A stretch of DNA of 64,000 bases from Laetmonice hystrix (lineage: Eukaryota). Numbering within the stretch: position 1 is the stretch's first letter; the number at the start of each line of letters is the position of its first letter. Below the pieces are notes generated by a model. The model did no database searches, was not told where the DNA came from, and saw nothing but the letters and a program-made list of their open reading frames with translations. Made by a program: the position numbers and the translations under genes. Where the stretch lies: contig OZ249436.1 of assembly GCA_965235115.1 (NCBI GenBank), positions 11,098,001 to 11,162,000 of the forward strand, written 5' to 3'. Shown here one piece after another: positions 42,001 to 54,000 of this stretch.

Positions 42001-45000
42001 CAATCGGGAATTTGAACTCTGTCGCCCACGCTGAGATTCGAAGCTTGATTCTGGTTTGAAAATAATACTAGAATTTGGTATAAAATCTCTTGATGGGAAT
42101 GGGTTTATGAAGATTACATGCTGATATTGATATTTTTGAATTCGGTGTAATAATTAGTGCGGTGTGCAGTGTGATATTGAGCTTTTTAAAATTTTATTTT
42201 GTGCGTTCTTGGAAACTCCGTTCATTTTCCACCAATTATTTGCATGATACAATCGAGTGCAACCCGATACTGATATCGCAATTACAGATGTTGTTTTTAC
42301 CGGTAATTCTGAATCTCCATAAGAAATTCAAGCCTGGCAGAAAGCAATAATAATTCAGGATCAACATGTACTGGCCATCCAGGGTTGACATTGTCAGTAG
42401 CTCGCTTCCATTTACCATGTTATCTCGTCATTCGGCAGTGGCAGATAACTGCTATCGTATCTGTCTCTCCGCTGTAATAGAAATATCTATCGTTGAGGGT
42501 TTACCACAGGAATATGATGCCGGCATTTCATACAAGCCTGTTGTCAAAAACACCATGCAATTGATGTTTTCATGAAGAGAAAACCTACAAGTAGACTCTG
42601 GAATAAAAGTACCGTAAAGGAAGGTATAAATGAACAACAGCCAAAGTTCACCTGCAGTAAAGTCAGGGACGTCTAAATCAGCCACGTTCCTCCAAATGTT
42701 ACTCCATTGATTAAATTCTCGATGGTAGATTTGGCTTAGTGAACATTGGTTTGATGTGATTTTTCTTTTCTCTCTTTTTAGCACCTACCCCAGACAAAGG
42801 TCGCAAAAGGAAAATACCAGGGGCTGGCAGCGGCAGAGAGTGAGTACCAAACAATTGTTTTATTCTTTCAAAAAATACTCGGCTAAATTGTGCCAGGAGT
42901 GCAGTCTGAACCTCGAGGTTGTTTCCGCAGCAATGAGAGTTTTAGACATTATCAAATCAACGAGTATCTCAGTTTCCTTTATTTGGCAAGGTTTTCTGGA
43001 GGTTTTCGGATTTTGAAGGGGAGGGGGGAAATTGGGGGCATTTTTTTTTTTTTTTTTTTTTTGGGGGGGGGGGGGGCTCCCCCTCTAACCAGGCCTCAAG
43101 GAAACCCTGTCTGGGTTATTTGAAGAATATTAAGTTTTAAATATTATTATTTATATCTAAGACCCATCTGAATACTTTTAAATCCCTGAAAGTTTGAGAA
43201 AGCCAGGTCGTCAAGCCTTAAAGTTCGTCAGCAGATTCCTTCCCAATATTTTGACCCTCTTGGAAAAGGTTCAGTTTGCGTCATCTGGCCCACATTGAAG
43301 TATCCAGGGACCAGAGATCCCGGACAGGAAGTCTGCAGTCAGCAGGCTGATGTAGACGTGTTCAGATCGGCCAAGGGTTGGCAACCAATATGGAGTTCTT
43401 CTTTCACACATTTAATAAACGCAAATTTTAAATTACAGGTAAATGTTTATTTTATCACGCCATGGTGTAATAATGCAGTTTAAGTTTGTTGTTGTTTGAG
43501 AGGGTATTGTGGCTTGGGGCCCTATAGCTCGACATTGTGGCAAATCAGTAACAGAAGTTGTTTTTATTACTTTCTACGGAAATGCTTCTTTAAACCCATT
43601 GTAGCATTCTGTAATTCATTTAGAAAACATTCTTGAAATGTCGGGATAAAGCCATGGTTCCACAGTCTGCTAATATGTGCACTACTCGACTACCGGGTAA
43701 TCAATCTCATCCAAGTGTCGGCTAGCCAGTGGCGTAGGAAAAGGGGGGGGGGGAGATAACTTCCTACGCCTTTGTTAGAATGGCGTTGGCATTGAATTAA
43801 CCGGGCCTGATCGTAGTAGTTGAGAGCGGTCATTCACTCGGCTGTTCACATTGTCTCGATAAAAAATGATTTTGTTTGAAAGCACAGTTTTAATGAATGT
43901 TTCGGGAACTCTGTTTCGTAAATAAAGGTTCATTTTTCTATCAAGTCTCTTCATATCAACACGTTCTTTTCTATAGCCAAAAGTCAAAATCAGCAGCAGC
44001 TCTTAGCTATATGGTTTAGGCCTCTTTGTTCGAACACAATGGTCTAATGATAAAATAATCAATTGTGTGAGTCAGTGGGCGCGTCACTTTGTTGAGGGTG
44101 ACGGTTGATGTCATTAGTTACAGGAATCTGGCAGATATCGTGAGGCAACTGTTCATGTCTGTTCTCATTCTGATAGACGGCACATTCCAGTTGGTAGAAG
44201 AAATGGGATACATGATGGTTTGGTCCCAAGTCCTGTCTCTTTGGAATTAATGAGCAAAGCACCACAGGAGCAGATTAAAAAGAAAAGCATGACATATCAG
44301 TGCCAGATCAGGTCAAGGCGACTGACCTTATCGTGTCCAAACTTTTTTAATGCTGAGAAACAAAAATAAGCAGTTTGTAGCTCAACGTCTTCATAAGCAA
44401 ACGTTGAGTTTCCCAATCGTGGTACAAAGAAGAACTGAAAGCATCGCAAGGTTTAGGGATAACGACAATCGTTATCCCCAGCGATAATACAACAGGAGGA
44501 CAGAAACGTATCGTAACCTAAGAAACCCGCTACACACTATACGATTCCCAGTCGGCGGCAAATCACATGCCCCGCACACTGTACGACTCGAGTCATAAGC
44601 CCCCGCACACTATACGACTCGAGTCATAAGCCCCCGCACACTATACGACTCGAGTCATAAGCCCCCGCACACTATACGACTCGAGCCATAAGCCCCCGCA
44701 CACTATACGACTCGAGTCATAAGGCCCCGCACACTATACGACTCGAGTCATAAGCCCCCGCACACTGAGATCCGACTGTGGGTGACTGTGATCCGATTCA
44801 AAATTCGAATCGGCTGTTTGGGGCCTTGCGACCCCTTCCGATCATCGTAGACGAGTCATAAGCATGTCTGAAGTCGTAAGCCCCAGAATGGGATCGGATC
44901 ATAAGAAAATCGTAAAGTGTGCGGCCGTCATTAATATACCGGTATGTCTGCCCATCATATAATATCAAAAATGTTGCTGATATTGTCCAAACAACCGTGG

Positions 45001-48000
45001 TCATCGAATATCTAACCGTTTTAATAAAAACATTGGCCGGTCATGAAGACATTTGATCAGACACAGACTAATCACAGTATTTACCTTCTTGACGTTTTTG
45101 ATTGCCTAGGATTTGTCCATCTCAAGAAGTGTTTACAAGAAGGACTAGACAACCTGTAACGGTTATTTGCAACCAAACCCTGACACGGTGGTGGACAAGA
45201 GAAGAATCCGTGCTCATGAGGCAACCCTATAATACGTGAAATCTAGTGTTAGTATACAGGAAGGGACCGGTTCCTGGGTCACAGTGACAGATAAGAGCTG
45301 GGGCGACGATGTTGCTGGTCTTATGAACAATGATATACAATGTAATTTGCGATACCCCGGAAAACCTGCAAAATGTCGTATGTCACAATGTAGGACCGAA
45401 GGCGGCGCACAAGATGTTATACCCAACTTATTCCTGATCCCTTTTCATATAGATCCCCCTCCCTACATGCCCTCTCCCGAATTCCCAAACTCGCCCCTCT
45501 CCTTTCATGACACTGTAACATTTACTCTAAAGAGATCCGAGTTCTTCATTCATCATAGATGACGTCGGGATTTGTCTCCAGATAAAAGGGACCGGGCAAG
45601 GAGTTTGTGTAAGCATACCTTCGCCAGCAGTGGGTGGATAACCTCAGTACACATGGTGCCTGCTTGCTGGTCCAGCATAAACATAACAGCGACCAGTGCG
45701 GAATATGAACGGGCCATCCTGCCACCGCTGCCTTCAACCAGAGATGCTTCTGGAAATAATGATTACACTTGGTAATGATAACTGTAAACACGAGGAGCTG
45801 ATAACAACGGGAACGTTTATACAGACAATGGTGTGGAGGTGTCCCCAGCCTGCCACCTTCAATGTCCTCGTGCTGTGCGTTTGTGAACATCACATTCGGC
45901 TTTAACACATGGCCGTATTTTCTTTTCTTGGATTATATGGCGACGCCCACCTCAAAACGGACCTTCTCAGCGCTCCGTTCTAGTGCTTGAAATGATTTTT
46001 TAATCAATATTCTAGGAGAGTTCCCGGAAAACGTGGCGTCCGTGTTTTCTCGAGTTCAGTTTGCAGAACCGAAACCTCACAGAGAGGTAGGAAACCATCG
46101 CACATCTTCTTGGTAGTGAGTGCATTTTACTGGAATTGTACAGTGCATGGATCCAGACAGGGAGTCGGTCTGTCCTCCATCCAGGAATGCTGGTGGCGAT
46201 TTCTTTCTGTGGGCTAACAAGGGGAACTAAACTGTTTTTAGCCCCCAACCGAAGGGGTGGCTGCCTCTAATTTGACCTCCGTCCGTACATCTGTCCGTAC
46301 TCAGAAGTGTATGGGTGAATTTACATGAATCTTTACTCAGTGATCAGGGATGGTCTCGAGGAAGATCCACGTCAAATAGATTTTTGATATCATTCACGAT
46401 GGCCGCTTGGCCTATGAGAACCATATGAGGGGCAGTGTATATCCCAGTGTATTCTCTGAGCAAATGTGGCCACGGGTGAGATCAATGATTTTCCTTAAAT
46501 TCTAAAAGGACATGTATATGAGAAATCTGAAATCAAATGAGGGCAACTACGGGCCCAAACTACCTAGGCATATTTCATTTCATAACCCCGTAACAAGTGC
46601 TGTCAGAAACTGGTCAACACAATGCTAGCTTGGCAGTCTTTCTCACTCTTTCCTGTTGATCTCATTGTAATAATGCATTGTGATCTAATATATGGACAGG
46701 AAATTTTAAATCATATCATTTAAATGACTTAATCGTTCCATCTCTTAATGTAGTTACTGCGATACTGTATTCAAAAGTTGCCTCTAACATCTAGATTTTA
46801 TTGTATGGAATCTGCTGAGAGAGAGGTCGGACGGTATCTAGGCCACCACATAAGAACATAATTGCTTACTGTGTTAAGGCGTTGTTGCTTGTCATGACCA
46901 CTATTTTAGTGCTCGTATTAATCTTGGTCTTTCTTTTAGAAGAGGCATCAGCTTAAACTAAGTTGGCTTATTTATGATATTCAACAGTAACAAAAACTAA
47001 AACATTTCATCTCAAGTATGCTATGGTATGAGCTGAACATCATCGTCGTGTGAGCAGACAGGTTACTCCTCGCTATTTGACCATCATTGATCATTGATAG
47101 TCAGGACGACGGAGAGGTCACCTGAAGAGGCCAGCAGCAAAGGTCATTGCCGCAGCGTTGACCTCATTAGCAGCAGGAAATTGAAGGTGGAAGCGTGGAG
47201 CTTCTTGAGTCTCTTCCTGGCGTGATGGACGTGTGCATGACGTTATGGTTCCCGGGCAAGCTCCGGCGGATCGCACCACACCATGGTTGACAAAGGATGG
47301 GCGGCACGTCGATGACGTCATAGTTCCGAGGCTGGGAGAAATACATGTACCATGGATCACACAGGGATGGAATTAATGCACACACTATACATAGGGATTT
47401 ACAAACGGGTTGGGTAACGTTAGAGCTCATAACAACAGGGTTTTGGACACAGCACTGCTCAGCCATCAAAAGCTAGCAAAGCTGGAGTTCACAGAGGAGC
47501 GGGAGTCACAGGTCACAAAGGGGTACCAGGACATGGAATACGGTCCATTCAAAATAAACATCCCTCTTTCAAAGAAACTGATCAGTCCACACACGTGTAA
47601 ATTTAATGAGGTCATTTTGAGAAGAATGTAAATCGAGTTTTTCATCCACAGGAAACTGTCAGAGAGACATCCTGAAACCGATAACGTCCAACTCTCACAC
47701 TTGATGGAGTAAAGTAGCACTGGCTTGTAGGAAGTAATATAATGGTTGAAAAAAGTAACTCATTCAGGAGGAAAGAACCCTTGTCTTTAGTCACCATGGG
47801 CTGTATGGATTTGTTTTATTTTATTCTTAAAATGTTAAATATATTGTATATTTCAATGTTGTGGAGGATAGAGACAGTAAGTCTTCGGAATTTTGGCAAA
47901 TTGGAGTTATTACAAAACTTCATAAATAGCAGTGATCTAAAGTCAAGGGAGAGAAAGAAAACTTTTTACCTGCAGATTTTCATTTCCTGTGACGTCGTTG

Positions 48001-51000
48001 TCGTCTGTTAAAAAAATACTCTGGCCATGGATACTGAATGTAGTGACGTGTAGCAGGGACTAGCATCCTCAGCTACTATTGTCAAGTGAGTGAGTGGATA
48101 ATGGTGGTTTTATGCCGTGTCGGCATCTAAGGCCATCTTCACGGCGAAAACAGAGGTGGAATACTGAATAGTGAAATGGACCTCTTTTATTTTGGGCCCC
48201 AACGGCAGTTAACTACTGAAAAAAAACCACACAAAAGACCTCGTGGACTATTGTCAAGAGATCATGGAAATAAGTCAAGATAACTTACCCAGCGTTTATC
48301 ATTTAAAACGAAAACTTGGCTTATTATGATCTTATTGATTGATATAAGATGATTCGCATAATGATACTTGTACTGAAAAAAGATGTCCGTTTTTTAAGGA
48401 TGGAGGAATGGATAGGCTTTTCATATAATTGGGACATGAAAAGTTTGGACGAGTGCTGTCATCCGTAAATATCAGCTAGCCATAACAATGTCACCATCAA
48501 GGTAATCAACGACACTACATCAGGGAAGGTGGCACCTGGAGGGAAGTCTGCCGGTAATCATAGACACCACGACAAGGACAAAGCTGCTTTAATTACCGGC
48601 GCACATGCCAGCGGCTTCGTTAAGGCACCAGCATGCACTCTGCACACACAAACTCTGGTCTTTGTGAAGTACCCAGTTCTGACATTGATACTTTGTCACA
48701 TGCACCCTCAGCGCCTAATGAGAAGTCTAAACTGTAATCCAACACAATCCCACGTGGAAATACTTTGCCTAATGTCAACTCTCAACTCCTCCCAAACCAG
48801 AAAACGACCCTTGCGAGAAAAAGGGTGAAATAACAGAGAGCGTAACAAAAAGATGGAAATGGATTCCACATTGGTTGACGGGCGGGTGCTCTAGGTTCAG
48901 GATTCCACATTTGTTGACGGGCGGGTGCTCTAGGTTCAGGATTCCACATTGGTAGACAGGCGGGTGCTCTAGGTTCAGGATTCCACATTGGTGGACTGAC
49001 GGGTGTTCAAGGTTCAGGATTCCACATTGGTTGACGGGCGGGTGCTCTAGGTTCAGGATTCCACATTGGTAGACAGGCGGGTGCTCTAGGTTCAGGATTC
49101 CACATTGTTAGACAGGCGGGTGCTCTAGGTTCAGGATTCCACATTGTTAGACAGGCGGGTGCTCTAGGTTCAGGATTCCACATTGGTGGACTGACGGGTG
49201 TTCAAGGTTCAGGATTCCACATTGGTTGACGGGCGGGTGCTCTAGGTTCAGGATTCCACATTGGTAGACAGGCGGGTGCTCTAGGTTCAGGATTCCACAT
49301 TGTTAGACAGGCGGGTGCCCTAGGTTCAGGATTCCACTTTGGTTGACGGGCGGGTGCTCTAGGTTCAGGATTCCACATTGGTAGACAGGCGGGTGCCCTA
49401 GGTTCAGGATTCCACTTTGGTTGACGGGCGGGTGCTCTAGGTTCAGGATTCCACATTGGTAGACAGGCGGCTTGCCCTAGGTTCAGGATTCCACATTGGT
49501 GGACTGACGGGTGCTCTAGTTTCAGGATTCCACATTGGTGGACTGACGGGTGCTCTAGGTTCAGGATTCCACATTGGTTGACGGGCGGGTGCTCTAGGTT
49601 CAGGATTCCACATTGGTAGACAGGCGGCTTGCCCTAGGTTCAGGATTCCACATTGGTGGACTGACGGGTGCTCTAGTTTCAGGATTCCACATTGGTGGAC
49701 TGACGGGTGCTCTAGGTTCAGGATTCCACATTGGTTGACGGGCGGGTGCTCTAGGTTCAGCAGGTTTCTGTCAAGGGTACAAGGTTTGACTCTGTATCTG
49801 CTGTTGCTATGATGACTTTTCTGCAGGTAGCAGGATGCAAGACATGCAATGATGTTTAGATCAGACAATAACAGGATATCACTTATCAAACAACAACATT
49901 GTTGGTTTTCGATGTGAAAAGCTCAAAGGATGTTTGTGGAAACCTATGCACTACGAGTACCAGTCATAAATTTTACACCTTCCGACAATGACGATCCTTT
50001 ACGACGACGACCATATTTGACGACAGAGCACGTCGAGAGCAGTCTGGTCAACTCTCTTCTGACATTCTACAAGCCACCCCTCACCTTTCCCTAAGGTTAA
50101 TGTTCTAATACTCACAGAAATAGATATAAAAAGAGCAAAATAAAGGCCAGTACCATGCATTTATGAACTAAATAAATGGCCTATACAAATTGATATAGTA
50201 CTGTCTGTCTTTAATGTATTGAGACACGCGCAGGTATTCAAAAAACCTGGTTCAACCTATGCAGCTGCTTTGGAATAAATTTGGATGATACTTATTGTGT
50301 AGAGTATCATGAGTCAAACTCTACTGAGGTAAAAAAGGATCCAAATACATCAACTTTTGCAGAGATAACCTGTCCTGTCTACACAGAAGTATATCATATT
50401 ACAACGATCGCCCTCATTATGTGTAGATTTACTTCTAACAATAGCAAAACTGGATGAGCAAACGTGCCATTCTTTGCTTGGGCAGTGAAAAATGTGATCG
50501 CTTTTTTCACTCTGGCTTATTGACATTCCTGCCCGCAAGCACCGGTCCGACTCAACACCGAAACTGACCAAACCCAACCAAAACTGACCGACCTCATTGC
50601 CACCTGGACGTCGGTGACGTTTTGGTGTTTAGTGGCACCCCACAAGCACTACTGCCAAAACCGAAACAATGCACGGCCCCAAGTACCGAATTTCCATGTA
50701 CATGTACATGTATACGACAGGCTACGGGACGATATTCTACCAAACATGATTAGCGTCTGATCTGAGATGAATTTGCAAACATGCAGGTAGCTATATCGGA
50801 AATAGTTGAAAGTTTTCGAACATAAAATGTATTTGGTTCCCTTTAATGGTCCGGAAAAAACGTGCTAGGCCTTGATTGACTGCTGAAAGTAGAGATCAAC
50901 AATTGCGGGAGAGAAATCGAGACTTAACTACGGCTGCTCACAGTATAGCAGAAACCAATCATGACAGGCGGCAGACTTTGATCTCCGGCCAATCGGCCAC

Positions 51001-54000
51001 TACTCTTGCAGAGTCCAGTGGGGTTAAGTCTCCTATAAGATCCTTTGAGCTAGCCGTAATGAGAAGCAACAAAGGTCAAGGCTAAAGAGTTCATGTACAG
51101 TTTGCGATTTCCTGAGATGAGTGTCTGGTGTCAAAGATCAAAGGTAGCAGGTAGACTAAGCCCATCCCTGAGGTCCCTGTAATCCATGAATGCTGTGACC
51201 TGTGGTAGACCAAGCCCATCTCTGAGGTCCCTGTAATCCATGAATGCTGTGACCTGTGGTAGACCAAGCACATCTCTGAGGTCCCTGTAATCCATGAATG
51301 CTGTGACCTGTGGTAGACCAAGCACATCTCTGAGGTCCCTGTAATCCATGAATGCTGTGACCTGTGGTAGACTAAGCACATCTCTGAGGTCCCTGTAATC
51401 CATGAATGCTGTGACCTGTGGTAGACTACGCACATCTCTGAGGTCCCTGTAATCCATGAATGCTGTGACCTGTGGTAGACTAAGCACATTTCTGAGGTCC
51501 CTGTAATCCATGAATGCTGTGACCTGTGGTAGACTAAGCACATCTCTGAGGTCCCTGTAATCCATGAATGCTGTGACCTGTGGTAGACTACGCACATCTC
51601 TGAGGTCCCTGTAATCCATGAATGCTGTGACCTGTGGTAGACTACGCACATCTCTGAGGTCCCTGTAATCCATGAATGCTGTGACCTGTGGTAGACTAAG
51701 CACATCTCTGAGGTCCCTGTAATCCATGAATCCTGTGACCTGTGGTAGACTAAGCACATCTCTGAGGTCCCTGTAATCCATGAATCCTGTGACCTGTGGT
51801 AGACTAAGCACATCTCTGAGGTCCCTGTAATCCATGAATGCTGTGACCTGTGGTAGACTACGCACATCTCTGAGGTCCCTGTAATCCATGAATGCTGTGA
51901 CCTGTGGTAGACTAAGCACATCTCTGAGGTCCCTGTAATCCATGAATCCTGTGACCTGTGGTAGACTAAGCACATCTCTGAGGTCCCTGTAATCCATGAA
52001 TGCTGTGACCTGTGGTAGACTAAGCACATCTCTGAGGTCCCTGTAATCCATGAATGATGTGACCTGTCGGCCCTGCCCCCTGGCCAGACTTTCCTAGTCA
52101 GCCGTACTGTTCTGCAGGTGTTGATTCTTTTTGTTTCATCTTTCAGTTCTGATGATGAGGACACTCAAGGAGGCGGCTACGGTGGGGAAAGTGACCCTAA
52201 TGACAAGGAAAGGTTGGCAAGGTAAGATCTTCTCATAATACCGTATCTTATGTTTGACAACGGGGTATTGGGGTAATCCGCCAAAAGTGTTTTCTCAAAT
52301 GGTCTACCAAATAACCTTTTCTCCTTGCTGAAGTCTTGGTCACCCATCTTGCTTCGAGTACTAGTATTATTATCACACTGTCAATGTGAGATTTGAACGT
52401 CTGCCTCGCCATGAAGATAAAATTGACACTTACTAATGTGTGTGATAAAGGTTTACCGGTAGTCTTCGAATATTATATGGGAATGCTTTAAATGTAAAGG
52501 ATTGCAGTTTAGGATAAGGAGGTTATCTTTTTCTAACATTGCATTAAAATGGACTCAGTATTAAGAAAAAAAAATAGTTATTTCTGACTTGGAGTAAAAC
52601 AAGCTATTGGTTTTTAATGGAAATCTTTGTTTAGTAATGAGACCTAAAAACTAGGAGCACCTTGGTAAAGGTCACCAAAGAACAAACTCCGGTGACCTAC
52701 CAAAACAGAAATATTTCTGCCGGCAAAAAGGCCTGCAAACATGTGAAGTGAGAGTTGTTAGAAAGCCATTCACCAGCCAGAACACAATGGGTTGTTTAAA
52801 GTTATGGAAGCTGACACGGATCTGTTTACAAGGACATCCTTGTGCAGGGGTTTCCCCAGACTGTGCATTTCTCGAGATAAACCATGCATTATTGTTAACC
52901 TGTATTACCATATTGTGATAAGTATTGTACTTATGTGCTTTAAGACAATCCATGTATTTATGTTTAAGAAGAAAAGACTGAAAAATCAACAAAAGTAAAG
53001 AAATTCATCGGGGATTCTCAAAATAATGCATTCGCCCATGCAGTGATGCTTAACCGTTTTGAAGATATATGTTGGGTATAATATTTGGAACTATACTCAA
53101 TAAGGAATGACCTAATAAATCACTTCTGGGTGTAATGAAATTTGCACATTGATGGGTCGTTGTTAAGGTAGTGTCTACGAGTAAAGAGTAGCTCTTCAAC
53201 GTTACCCTGGATGTTTGCACATGTTTCCTGTTCCCCACCTTTGTAGTACATAACTCTGCTAGTTTTGCATCACAATGGCTATTGCCACCATGTCGACAGT
53301 CCCAAAAATTCAACTTGCGAGCATGCCTGAATTGTTGTAAGTTGCACTTGCAGTTGTTTTGTGGGTAACAGTGGTCTCTCTCTTTTGCTCTGAAGCACGA
53401 AGCTATACCAACAACATATTATGTACTGTTGATGTAACCCCCCAAAGTACAGTCATTACTGTCTGCAATAGAGGAAGGATGAAAAAATGGTAACAAAATG
53501 ATATTATTGAAATGTGTGCCGTATTGCAACTGAAAACGCCAGATATGCAGAGATTTGGGTGTCGGTGACAATGAGGGCAATTTATGAGAATTAGATGCTA
53601 CATGGCATTGTCTCCAGTTGTGTCCAAAGGCTGACAGGACTTCGATACAGTTGTCTATCTCCCATATCATCAAAAAGATGATGAAAACCCAACCTGCAGT
53701 TCTCAAATGTAAGGATGTACCGGAATTGTACAACACGTTTCATGTACGTCTTTGTACATGCATTCTGGTTGTTGTCACTTGCAGTATCTTCACTGCTCAC
53801 TACTCTGCGCATATAAATGCCGCAATCAGTAGAATTTTAGCTGGATGAATTTACAGGGAATAGCTGCCCTTACATGGTCGGTCCATATCTAAAACACATA
53901 CCAGCACTTTATTGTGATCTAAACATACCATTTCAAGAAGCTTAAAATTTGGAGCAGTCGTCAAGGCTGCACAACATACGTACCCCCGGTATCCTATCTC

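Noticed and set aside
42005-42040. B-box-like GTTCAAATTCC on the minus strand (tRNA or SINE)
   Set aside because: No A box or cloverleaf could be built.
51091-52164. 357-aa and 306-aa minus-strand repeat ORFs (one superficially LRR-like, [12 protein letters not shown])
   Set aside because: The 54-bp unit is a multiple of 3 and lacks stops; near-identical DNA units, including third positions, indicate satellite rather than an old protein repeat.
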